DNA of 32,000 nucleotides from contig JBLNDL010000039.1 of NCBI GenBank assembly GCA_050261575.1, forward strand, positions 2,136 through 34,135. The letters run 5' to 3'. This DNA is from Sphingomonadaceae bacterium. Its GTDB lineage: Bacteria > Chloroflexota > UBA6077. Shown here in pieces: positions 24,601-32,000 of this stretch; position 1 is the first letter of the stretch; the number at the start of each line of letters is the position of its first letter. The translations under genes were made by a program, and so were the position numbers. Below the pieces are notes generated by a model. It was not told the DNA's origin. It saw nothing but the letters and a program-made list of their open reading frames with translations, and did no database searches.

Positions 24601-25734
24601 ATGTCGAGACTGAACGAACCCCTGGTCTTCTACGGGTTGCGGCTTCGCAACCGGCTGGTCTTGCCTCCAATAACCACCAACTACTGCACATCCTCGGGCG
24701 AGGTCACCGACGGTGTCGTCGGCTTCTACCGGCAGAGGTCCCGCGACGTCGGCCTGGTGGTCGCGGAGGCGGCAGCCGTGCGACCCGACGGCCGGATAAC
24801 GCCCCATAGCATGGGGATATGGAGCGACGCGCTGATCCCCGGGCTGAAGCGGCTGGCCAGCGCCATCAAGGGCGAAGGGGCGGTGGCGGCGCTGCAGATC
24901 GGCCACGCGGGCGCCAGTGCCGTGGTGGTGGAGGACGGCCTCCGGCGACCGTCCCCCTCGGGTGTGGCGACGAGGCCTGGTCCCGCCCCGACCGTGCTGA
25001 GCGAGGGGCAGATCTCGGAGGTCGTCTCGGACTTCGCTTCCGCGGCCGCCCGGGCCGCCGAAGCTGGGTTCGACGCCGTCGAGATCCATGGGGCTCACCT
25101 CTACCTGATCAGCCAGTTTCTGTCGCCCCTCACAAACCACCGTCAGGATAGGTACGGCGGGGACGCCGAGGCACGCGCCACCCTCGCCGTGGAGGTCGTG
25201 CGAGCGGTTCGCGACCGGCTGGGGAGCGGCTATCCCATTCTTTTCCGCTTCAACGCCGTGGAGTTGATCGACGGTGGCCAGAGGATCGAGGATGGGGTGG
25301 ACGTGGCGCGGTTGCTGGAGAAGGCGGGAGTGAACCTCCTGCACTCCTCCCTGGCTGCGCAGGCCGTCTGGAAGAAGGATGGGGAGCAGTGCTTCCTCCA
25401 GTCCACCTCGGCGCCGCTGAAGGACCACCCCTACGCTGCTGCTCTCCCCTACGCCGCCGAGGTGAAAAGATCGGTGTCGGTCCCCGTCATCGCCGTTGGG
25501 AAGCTGGGCGAGCCCGCGGCGGCGGCAAGGGCAGTCGAGGAGGGGCTGGTGGACCTGGTGGCGATCGGGCGCCAGATGATCGCCGATCCACTCACCGCGG
25601 GCAAGATCCTCTCCGGGAGGGGGAGCGAGGTGGTGCCGTGCAGGGAGTGTCGGGCCTGCTTCGCTTCTATCGGCAAGGGTGCCCCGATGGTCTGCTCGGT
25701 CAACCAGAATCCGTCTGGAACGCCCGCCTACTGA
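24601..25734 (+). CDS. NADH:flavin oxidoreductase (Old Yellow Enzyme family TIM barrel) with C-terminal Cys cluster
   Basis: OYE motifs are present (LRNRLVLPPI, LQIGHAGA, GFDAVEIHGAHLYLISQFLSPLTNHRQDRYGG, VIAVGK, DLVAIGRQMIADP). C347-x2-C350-x2-C353-x11-C365 lies at DNA 25639..25695. Confidence 0.9.
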   Translation: MSRLNEPLVFYGLRLRNRLVLPPITTNYCTSSGEVTDGVVGFYRQRSRDVGLVVAEAAAVRPDGRITPHSMGIWSDALIPGLKRLASAIKGEGAVAALQIGHAGASAVVVEDGLRRPSPSGVATRPGPAPTVLSEGQISEVVSDFASAAARAAEAGFDAVEIHGAHLYLISQFLSPLTNHRQDRYGGDAEARATLAVEVVRAVRDRLGSGYPILFRFNAVELIDGGQRIEDGVDVARLLEKAGVNLLHSSLAAQAVWKKDGEQCFLQSTSAPLKDHPYAAALPYAAEVKRSVSVPVIAVGKLGEPAAAARAVEEGLVDLVAIGRQMIADPLTAGKILSGRGSEVVPCRECRACFASIGKGAPMVCSVNQNPSGTPAY

Positions 25735-25745
25735 GCGAGGCGCGG

Positions 25746-26756
25746 TCACGCTCCGCCGACCAGTTGCTCCACCAGGGCCATGCCTTCGGATACGGTGGCT
25801 GCGTAGCCGTTGCCGCCGAGCCGGATGGCTTGCTCCTTCCCAGAGAAGCCCGAGCCTCCCAGAATCACCCGGGTCTTGGGCAACTGCCGGAGGGCGGCGA
25901 TGAGGTCCCTGAGCGTGGGCGGATCGGGGGAGATGGTGGCGGAGATGCCCACCAGGTCGGGTTGCCTGCGCTCCGAGAGCCTCAGAAAGTCGAGAATCGG
26001 GGTGTCGGCGCCGAGGCAGTGGACGACCCAGCCGCGAAGCCGAAGCAGAAGGTAGAACATCTTCAGCCCGATCTCGTGATGCTCGCCGGGGAGGCAGGAC
26101 AGGACTGCTTCGCGTCCGGTCAGATGGGCGGGAACGTGCTTGGCGTACGCACGGATCATAACCTCTTCGGTGATGGTCCGTGCCCCGTGTTCGTCGGCGA
26201 CACGGCAAGCCCCTTCTCCCCACCATTCGCCGATGCTGTTCAGTGCGGGGGCCAGCAGTCCGTCGAAGACCTGCTCCAGTGTGGCCCCCTCCGTGAGCGC
26301 ATCGTCCGCCAGGGTTACGGCGGCGCCGGCGTCTGCCAGCCAGAGGCTCTTCAGGTAGAGGGCCAGCCGCGGGTTGTGGGGCGGTCCAACAGAGTGGCGG
26401 GCGAGCTTCTCCACCGTCACGCGAAGCCGTGCGGCGGTCTCGGACAGGTGGATGCGATCCATCGGCTGTGGTCCATCGGGCGGGATGGTGTCGGAGTAGA
26501 GGGCCACCTGCGGGATCTGTGGGGCTAGCGTCCGCAGTATTGGGAACACCGGCCAGAGATCTCGCTGGGGATGGGCGGGCTCCAGGTACTCGACTATGGC
26601 CAGAGAGTAGTCCGAGGCGGCGAGTCGATCCAGAAGCTGGTAGACGGTGCCGGCCTCGATGCTCGTAAAGCCCCACTCTTCGAGCAGTCGAGTGATCAGT
26701 CCCCGCAATAGGGGATCCATGGCGACGATGAGCAGGGGCGGCGTGTTGACTGCCAT
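25746..26756 (-). CDS. degenerate receiver-like domain fused to a CarH-type cobalamin (B12)-binding module
   Basis: ATG 26756 lies 8 nt after AAAGGA. The N-terminal ~120 aa has CheY-like topology but Glu at the acceptor position (SLAIVEYLEP). The C-terminal part carries W179-x9-E189-H190 and E225-x-H227-x2-G230-x41-S272-x-T274-x25-G300-G301. Confidence 0.85.
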   Translation of the reverse strand: MAVNTPPLLIVAMDPLLRGLITRLLEEWGFTSIEAGTVYQLLDRLAASDYSLAIVEYLEPAHPQRDLWPVFPILRTLAPQIPQVALYSDTIPPDGPQPMDRIHLSETAARLRVTVEKLARHSVGPPHNPRLALYLKSLWLADAGAAVTLADDALTEGATLEQVFDGLLAPALNSIGEWWGEGACRVADEHGARTITEEVMIRAYAKHVPAHLTGREAVLSCLPGEHHEIGLKMFYLLLRLRGWVVHCLGADTPILDFLRLSERRQPDLVGISATISPDPPTLRDLIAALRQLPKTRVILGGSGFSGKEQAIRLGGNGYAATVSEGMALVEQLVGGA

Positions 26757-26909
26757 CCATCGATCCTTTCGGGAGGGAAGGCTTACACGTTCTGTGCCAC
26801 CTGTTCGTCACACCTGAAAGTTGCGGCTCTTTGCCCTACAATGGAGCACGTCACAGGTGCTACCAGGTCTTGAACTCCGAAAACGTGATCAGAGAGGAAG
26901 TGTATTGGT

Positions 26910-27917
26910 GTGTCTGAGATGAAAGAGATGCGATACGAGGTCGTGGAAGGCTGGGAGAAGATCCCGCCCGGTTACGTCCACAGGGACGTGGTAGGGGTGG
27001 CGGTGGACTCGCGGGATCGGGTCTACCTGCTGACCCGGAACGATGCTCGTGTGATGGTGTACGAGCCCGATGGCACCTTCGTGACCTCCTGGGCCGAGGG
27101 CACCTTCACCGGACGCACCCACGGCATCAGAATCGGACCCGACGACGTCGTGTACTGCGTGGACGACCGGGACCACACGGTGAGGAAGTTCTCGCCCACT
27201 GGCGAACTGCTGATGACCATCGGCACGGTCGGCGTGGCCTCCGATACCGGCTACGACGCTAGCCTAAACAACGCCGACCTCTGGACGCGGCTGAACACCA
27301 TCACCCACGGGGGACCGCCCTTCAATCGACCGACCAACGTGGCCATCGCTCCGAACGGCGACCTGTACGTCTCCGACGGCTATGCCAACGCCCGGGTCCA
27401 CCGGTTCAGCGCGGACGGCCGGCTGATCCAGTCGTGGGGTGAGCCGGGGACGGGCCCGGGGCAGTTCCACCTGGTGCACGACGTGTGGGTGACCCACGAC
27501 GGCAGGGTGCTAGTGGCCGATCGCGAGAACGACCGGATCCAGATATTCAGCCTGGAGGGCGAGTTCCTGGACCAGTGGACGCACGTGCAGCGGCCCACCG
27601 GCATCTACCAGGATAGGGACGGCCTCATCTACGTCTCGGAGCTCAGCAGGCGCAAAGGGATGCTCTCATACGTGCACGGTCCTGCACCGGAGGATCAGGC
27701 CGGCCGGGTCTGCATCCTGGACCCCGAGGGGAAGGTGCTGCATAGGTGGGGGACACTGGATCGGACGGCGCCGGGGCAGTTCTGCGCCCCCCACTGCATC
27801 TGCGTGGACTCGAGGGGGGACATCTACGTGGGAGAGGTGACCTGGACCGACTGGGGAAGCAAAGGGCTGGTGCCGCCAGACACCCACATGTTCCAAAAGT
27901 TCGCCCGAAAGTGGTAG
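26910..27917 (+). CDS. NHL-repeat six-bladed beta-propeller protein (peptidyl-alpha-hydroxyglycine alpha-amidating lyase-like)
   Basis: Repeated NHL-like units are present (GVAVDSRDRVYLLTR, IRIGPDDVVYCVDDRDHTVRKF, NVAIAPNGDLYVSDGYANARVHRF, VWVTHDGRVLVADRENDRIQIF, IYQDRDGLIYVSE, ICVDSRGDIYVGE). The GTG 26910 start follows GAGAGGAAG; ATG 26919 or 26928 are possible. Confidence 0.85.
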   Translation: MSEMKEMRYEVVEGWEKIPPGYVHRDVVGVAVDSRDRVYLLTRNDARVMVYEPDGTFVTSWAEGTFTGRTHGIRIGPDDVVYCVDDRDHTVRKFSPTGELLMTIGTVGVASDTGYDASLNNADLWTRLNTITHGGPPFNRPTNVAIAPNGDLYVSDGYANARVHRFSADGRLIQSWGEPGTGPGQFHLVHDVWVTHDGRVLVADRENDRIQIFSLEGEFLDQWTHVQRPTGIYQDRDGLIYVSELSRRKGMLSYVHGPAPEDQAGRVCILDPEGKVLHRWGTLDRTAPGQFCAPHCICVDSRGDIYVGEVTWTDWGSKGLVPPDTHMFQKFARKW

Positions 27918-27998
27918 TGATACTACGCAGCCGGACGAGGCATCGTGGTCCGGCCGGGCGGATCACCCAGTAGCGACAGGGGCCGCCTGCCGCACAAG

Positions 27999-28373
27999 TC
28001 AGGTCCGGGCGCCGAGGGATTGCTCCACCAGATGGAGAAGCTCGTCGATCTCGAAGGGCTTCCCCAGGTGGCCCTCGGCGCCAACCTCCTCTGCCCTCTT
28101 GCGGGCGTCCTCGGCCGCGGTCACCACCACGATGGGCACGCTCCGATTGTGTCTGGCACGGAACTCCCGGGCGAACTTCCAACCGTCCATGCCTGGCATC
28201 TTCATGTCGAGGAGTATCAAGTTGGGCATCTCTTGCTCCACCTTCTCGAGCGCTTGGCCTCCATCCGTGGCCGTGGCCACCCGATAGCCGGCCCCGTTCA
28301 GCAGCGTCTGCACCATGCCCTGCAGCTCGACGTCGTCGTCGACTACCAGCACCAGCTTATCCCTGCCGGCCAT
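27999..28373 (-). CDS. single-domain response regulator (CheY-like receiver)
   Basis: LVLVVDDD, LILLDMKMPGMDG, PIVVVTA and LGKPF are the canonical receiver residues. ATG 28373 lies 6 nt after AGAGG (the ORF opens at GTG 28379). It overlaps the kinase 3' end by 17 nt. Confidence 0.9.
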   Translation of the reverse strand: MAGRDKLVLVVDDDVELQGMVQTLLNGAGYRVATATDGGQALEKVEQEMPNLILLDMKMPGMDGWKFAREFRARHNRSVPIVVVTAAEDARKRAEEVGAEGHLGKPFEIDELLHLVEQSLGART

Positions 28374-30837
28374 CGCCACCCTCTTTGGCCAACGGCAGGG
28401 TGAAGTAGAAGGTTGACCCCTTCCCAGGTTCGCTCTCGAACCAGATGCGGCCCTTGTGTCGCTCTACTATGAGCTTGGCGAGGTAGAGACTGAGGGCCAC
28501 GACGCTGCGGTAACCGGGGAGCCCCGCGGGCACCGCCTCGTAGAAGGGTTCGAATATGTGGGCCTGCCGCTCCTTGGGGATGCCAACGCCGTAGTCCCTC
28601 ACCGAGACCACCGCGCAGCCATTCTGGGTCCAGACACGCACATCGATCCGCCCGCCTTTGGGCGAGTACTTGATGGCGTTGTCCAGCAGGGTCACCAGCA
28701 CCTCCTCCACGTGCTCGAGATCCGCCTCCACCGGCGCCGGCTCCGCCTGCTGCATGACCAGGGGATGGATGGAAGTCTTGCTCTGCATCTGCTGCACAAC
28801 CTGGGCGGCGAGCTTTCCCAGGTCGAATCGCACCCGATGCAGTTCCGGGGGGACCGTACGGAAACGGACTACCTCCAGCATCTCCTGCACACGTCGGTTG
28901 ATCCTGTCGGCTTGTGCGCTGATCACCTGGACGGCCTTTCCCTCGCGCGGGTCGTGCCCTCCCGGTGCCCACTCGTTCATCAGTTGGGCATAGCCCTTGA
29001 TGGTGGTCACCGGGGTCTTCAACTCGTGGGCGACGGTGGCAATGAACTCGTCGCGCAGCCTCTCCTGCTCTCTGAGGGGAGTGATGTCCTGCAGAGCAAC
29101 CACGGCTCCCGCCACTCGGCCTCTGGCATCACGGAGTGGGGAGCAGTTTGCCAGGACGCTCAGCCTTCGGCCGGAGGGGTGGAGGACCAGCAGCTCCACT
29201 CCAACGCAACTCTCGCCTCGCAGCGAGCGGCTTGAAGGCAACTCCGCGGGAGGGATCGGCTCGCCGGTGGGGCGCCTCAGCCTCCTGAAGGCCGGCTGCT
29301 CGGTGTCCGCCCGACCCAGTATGAGAGGCTTGCCCAGGATCGCCTCGGCAGCCTTGTTGTATAGAGTCAGCTTGCCATCGGGCGCGGAGAAGAAGACGAT
29401 GCCGGCCGGGGTGGTGTCGATGAGTACCTGAAGGCGGTTGCGCTCCTCCTGCGTCTCCTCAAGCAGGCTGGCCTGATGGATCGCCAGCGCAGCCCGCTCG
29501 GCCACCACCTGCAGCAGCCGCTCTTCGTGGGCCGTGAACCCTCTGGGTTCCAGGAAGCCCAGGTGCAGCACCCCTATGGTCTGCCCACCTACGCACATGG
29601 GCGCCCCGATTAGCCCTCGAATGTGGCCTGCAGCGATATAGGGACTCCAGATGCTGGGGTCCTCCTGCGCGTCCGGCACCGAGAGGGTCTCGCCTTGAGC
29701 GGCCACCCGCCCGTCGAAGTCCTCCCCCATCCTGACGCTCAGGCCTACAGCCTGCTCTTCGGGGATGCCGAGCCCTTTCCGCAGCACCAGTTCGCGCCGC
29801 GCCGGATCGAGGAGCAGGATGGCTCCCGAGCTTGCCCCCATCGCGGCCACGATCTGCTCCAGGAGACTCTCGAGCAACTGCTCCAAGCCCTGGCGGGCGA
29901 GACCCGGATCGGTTACCCGTTGGAGTGTCTCCAGCTCCCGGGCCCTCACGCGTTCCATCTGGTACAGATCCACGTAATCGGACAGCAAGCCGAATAGCAT
30001 CACCGAGAAGCCGCCTGCCAGCAGGATCTGCTCCCAGTACCACCAGAGGTCGTAGCGCTCGCCGCCCACGATGCCGGACACCATGAAGAAGGCCAGCACC
30101 GTTTGGGTGATGGCTACGTAGCCGAGCAGGGAATCGCCCGTCTGCCGGTACCGGTGAGCCGAGAGCAGGGCGCCTGCGGAGAAGGCGGCTAGAAGGGTGT
30201 AGAGCCAGGCGAATTGAAGGGGAGTCCATGCCCCATCCACCACGAGGATAGGAGCGGACTGCTCGAGGAGCAGGGAGAGTCCGGCTATGGTGACGCTGGC
30301 CGCCATGGCGGCGGCAGCCAGCCATGGCCAGAACCGCTCTCCGCGCGCCCCAGTACGCGGCCAGGGGATCAAGGTTGCTGCCAGCAAGGAGGCCGCGAGG
30401 GCGCTGAACTCGATGTTGAAGAGCCCCGCCGCGGTGTTGGGGAGTTGAGCTATCACCCCTCGCTCTCCAGGCAGGAGGCCGGGCCACGAGAGCACGTAGA
30501 AAACGGACAGAACGCCGAAAGCGGCGAAGCCTACGCCTATCCAGAAGGGCGGGGGTTCCCGAAGCACGCGGTACCGTCCCAGGGCGAGGAACGCGATGCC
30601 GAAAGCAGCCAGCGCGGCCCAACTGAACACCATCGGCACGTACCAGGGGAGGACTGCGATGACAGGTGCGGGGCCCCAGATGAACGCGAGGGCGACGTGG
30701 GCGGCTGCCAGGCCTATCGCAACGCCGACGATCCATCGAAGCAGGGAGTCTTCACGTCCGACCAGGCCCGACCTCGCGCGCTGGCTCAATCCTGGCTCCT
30801 CTGGCCTCCAGATTCCAGGATGGGCAGCCGCAATCAA
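28357..30837 (-). CDS. sensor histidine kinase: multi-TM N-terminal domain - GAF - PAS - HisKA - HATPase_c
   Basis: It has an H-box (FIATVAHELKTPVTTIKGY), an N-box (LLDNAIKYSP), G boxes (RDYGVGIP, GKGSTF), a GAF-like segment (GAILLLDP...IGVLHLGF) and a PAS-like segment (IDTTPAGIVFF...VALQDIT). The start is uncertain: TTG 30837 (ORF maximum) or TTG 30789, which lies 6 nt after GAGGAG. Confidence 0.9.
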   Translation of the reverse strand: MIAAAHPGIWRPEEPGLSQRARSGLVGREDSLLRWIVGVAIGLAAAHVALAFIWGPAPVIAVLPWYVPMVFSWAALAAFGIAFLALGRYRVLREPPPFWIGVGFAAFGVLSVFYVLSWPGLLPGERGVIAQLPNTAAGLFNIEFSALAASLLAATLIPWPRTGARGERFWPWLAAAAMAASVTIAGLSLLLEQSAPILVVDGAWTPLQFAWLYTLLAAFSAGALLSAHRYRQTGDSLLGYVAITQTVLAFFMVSGIVGGERYDLWWYWEQILLAGGFSVMLFGLLSDYVDLYQMERVRARELETLQRVTDPGLARQGLEQLLESLLEQIVAAMGASSGAILLLDPARRELVLRKGLGIPEEQAVGLSVRMGEDFDGRVAAQGETLSVPDAQEDPSIWSPYIAAGHIRGLIGAPMCVGGQTIGVLHLGFLEPRGFTAHEERLLQVVAERAALAIHQASLLEETQEERNRLQVLIDTTPAGIVFFSAPDGKLTLYNKAAEAILGKPLILGRADTEQPAFRRLRRPTGEPIPPAELPSSRSLRGESCVGVELLVLHPSGRRLSVLANCSPLRDARGRVAGAVVALQDITPLREQERLRDEFIATVAHELKTPVTTIKGYAQLMNEWAPGGHDPREGKAVQVISAQADRINRRVQEMLEVVRFRTVPPELHRVRFDLGKLAAQVVQQMQSKTSIHPLVMQQAEPAPVEADLEHVEEVLVTLLDNAIKYSPKGGRIDVRVWTQNGCAVVSVRDYGVGIPKERQAHIFEPFYEAVPAGLPGYRSVVALSLYLAKLIVERHKGRIWFESEPGKGSTFYFTLPLAKEGGDGRQG

Positions 30838-30896
30838 TATGCCATTGGATCGGAACCCCTTGTCTTCCGTTGTCCGCCCGGGGGATCATCGATTCC

Positions 30897-30925
30897 TTGA
30901 CACGACTGGGCGGCATTCCTATACT
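30897..30925 (+). promoter_or_regulatory. sigma70-like promoter for the FMN riboswitch/ribD transcript
   Basis: Consensus TTGACA (30897..30902), a 17-nt spacer, then TATACT (30920..30925), about 20 nt upstream of the riboswitch P1 stem. Confidence 0.6.
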
Positions 30926-30945
30926 AGAGATGGTTCAAACTGAAT

Positions 30946-31147
30946 AAAGTCCTTCGGGGCAGGGTGAGGCGGCAACGCCAATTCCCGATCGGCGGTATCG
31001 CAGCCGTGGCTGCGGAGCCCGCGAGCCGGTTAGGCAGACCTGGTGCGAGGCCAGGGCCGACGGTACAGTCCGGATGGAAGAAGGCACGAACGCGGCTGCA
31101 TTGGTGCGGCCCGAGGTCGCAGTGCCTTCGGGCCGTCCTTTGTTGTG
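30946..31147 (+). promoter_or_regulatory. FMN riboswitch (RFN element) with intrinsic terminator expression platform
   Basis: Conserved RFN blocks are present: CUUCGGGGCAGGGUGA, AAUUCCCGAUCGGCGGUA, AGCCCGCGAGCC, GCCGACGGUACAGUCCGGAUGGAAGAAGG. P1 pairs CCUUC (30951..30955) with GAAGG (31080..31084). The terminator stem CGGCCCGAGG (31107..31116) / CCTTCGGGCCG (31125..31135) is followed by TCCTTTGTTGTG. It lies directly upstream of ribD. Confidence 0.9.
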
Positions 31148-31168
31148 CAGTAACCCCCGCTACCAACT

Positions 31169-31250
31169 CTCAGTTCTCAGTTCTGAGTAGTGGGTTCTGA
31201 GTACTGAGCGTTGACGCACTGCCCTCCCCCTAGAACTCAGAACTCAGTAC
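31169..31250 (+). repeat. phased heptamer repeats CT[CG]AGT[TA] plus their inverted copies
   Basis: CTCAG/CTGAG cores start at 31169, 31176, 31183, 31197 and 31204 (all in 7-nt register). Inverted units ACTCAGA and ACTCAGT have CTCAG cores at 31236 and 31243. The two groups are separated by a C-rich spacer (ttgacgcactgccctccccc). Confidence 0.7.
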
Positions 31251-31265
31251 CGAAAGCAGAATGCC

Positions 31266-32000
31266 GTGTCAGAAGTCGACTACATGGCGAGGGCGCTAGA
31301 ACTGGCTCGTTTGGCCAGGGGCTCGACGGGGAACAACCCCGCCGTGGGTGCGGTGCTCGTCCGCGAGGGAGGCATAGTCGGCGAGGGGTACACCCAGCCG
31401 CCGGGCCAGGCCCATGCGGAGATCGTTGCCCTGCGTCAGGCGGGCGAATCGGCACGCGGGGCCACTCTATACGTCACCCTGGAGCCCTGCTGCCACCACG
31501 GCCGTACGCCTCCGTGCACCGACGCCCTGATCCGGGCCGGCGTCGCGGAGGTCCACATGTCGATGCTGGACCCCAATCCTCTGGTCTCAGGGGGAGGAAA
31601 GGCGGCGCTGGAGCGAGCCGGCATCGCGACCAAGGTCGGTGAGGGGGAAGCGGAGAGCCGATCGCTGCTGGAGCCGTGGCTGACTTACATCACCTGCGGT
31701 CGGCCGCAGGTGGTCGCCAAGTACGCGATGACGCTGGATGGGAGGATCGCCACATCCACCGGCCACTCGAAGTGGATCACCGGCCCCCGGGCCCGCCAGA
31801 AGGTGCAGGAGCTTCGGGCCGGGGTGGATGCCGTGATGGTGGGCGTCAACACCGTGATCGCCGACGATCCAATGTTGACCGCGCGCGACGAGACTGGCAG
31901 CCCCCTGCCACGGCAGCCGCTGAGGCTGATCGTGGACTCTACAGCCCGCATCCCCCTGGACAGCCGGGTGATATCGGGAGGGCTGCCCGGCACTACCGCG
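31266..32000 (+). CDS. ribD: bifunctional diaminohydroxyphosphoribosylaminopyrimidine deaminase / 5-amino-6-(5-phosphoribosylamino)uracil reductase, 5' partial (runs off window)
   Basis: Hand-translated open frame to the window end. It carries the deaminase zinc motifs HAEIVAL and EPCCHHGRTPPC, then reductase-domain motifs (KYAMTLDGRIATSTGHSKWITG). The start is GTG 31266 (VSEVDYMARALELA) or ATG 31284, and the SD is weak. It is absent from the ORF track because no stop lies within the window. Confidence 0.9.
   Translation, partial: MSEVDYMARALELARLARGSTGNNPAVGAVLVREGGIVGEGYTQPPGQAHAEIVALRQAGESARGATLYVTLEPCCHHGRTPPCTDALIRAGVAEVHMSMLDPNPLVSGGGKAALERAGIATKVGEGEAESRSLLEPWLTYITCGRPQVVAKYAMTLDGRIATSTGHSKWITGPRARQKVQELRAGVDAVMVGVNTVIADDPMLTARDETGSPLPRQPLRLIVDSTARIPLDSRVISGGLPGTTA

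Noticed and set aside
24343-26811. The longest ORF in the track (822 aa, minus strand).
   Set aside because: Its composition is extremely Arg/Pro/Gly-rich. It is antisense to the well-supported OYE gene and out of frame over the B12-module gene. This is the typical shadow ORF of a high-GC genome.
29459-30736. A 425-aa minus-strand ORF inside the histidine kinase gene.
   Set aside because: It is an alternative frame of the kinase membrane/GAF region. It is Arg/Pro/Gly-rich, whereas the kinase frame gives coherent TM helices and domains.
1-32000. CRISPR arrays, rRNA, transposases, phage genes and known defence systems.
   Set aside because: - The only tandem repeats are the 24-bp coding repeat (14015..14086) and the heptamer block (31169..31250), and neither has repeat-spacer structure.
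- No ORF shows transposase, integrase, nuclease-helicase or other defence-type motifs that I can recognise.

Overview
This is a high-GC bacterial chromosomal window that reads as core genome, not an accessory island. I cannot assign the organism. Gene content and order (argCJBD, hisS-prfA-prmC-tsaC-rpiB, several ECF sigma modules, a lipoprotein-type TctC) would fit a Chloroflexota/Thermomicrobia-like or actinobacterial-like genome, but that is a guess. Contents from left to right: a possible PIN remnant, a BON protein and a CDF metal exporter (all minus strand); a small helical ORF and an Fe/Mn SOD (plus strand); tRNA-Val(GAC) with its own promoter-like element and terminator; a ~645 bp ORF-free spacer; argC-argJ-argB-(43-codon ORF)-argD; a tightly coupled minus-strand operon hisS-prfA-prmC-tsaC-rpiB-hypothetical; an orphan TctC-family lipoprotein; an envelope-stress-like block with two ECF sigma/zf-HC2 anti-sigma pairs, a DUF4097 protein, a multi-TM protein and a SIMPL protein; an amidohydrolase; a DMT permease; small proteins (DUF2795, ChaB); an OYE flavoenzyme ending in a Cys cluster; a receiver-like/CarH-type B12-binding protein; an NHL propeller; a GAF-PAS histidine kinase plus CheY; and an FMN riboswitch with the 5' part of ribD. 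I saw no CRISPR, transposase, integrase, phage or recognisable defence genes. The most interesting items are the CarH-type B12 module without a DNA-binding domain (25746..26756), the phased heptamer repeat block between the FMN riboswitch terminator and ribD, the long ORF-free spacer after tRNA-Val, and the 125-nt out-of-frame overlap of an ECF sigma gene with its anti-sigma gene. I did not find a convincing multi-gene novel system. All family calls come from motif recognition by eye, no searches were run, and several start codons are uncertain.
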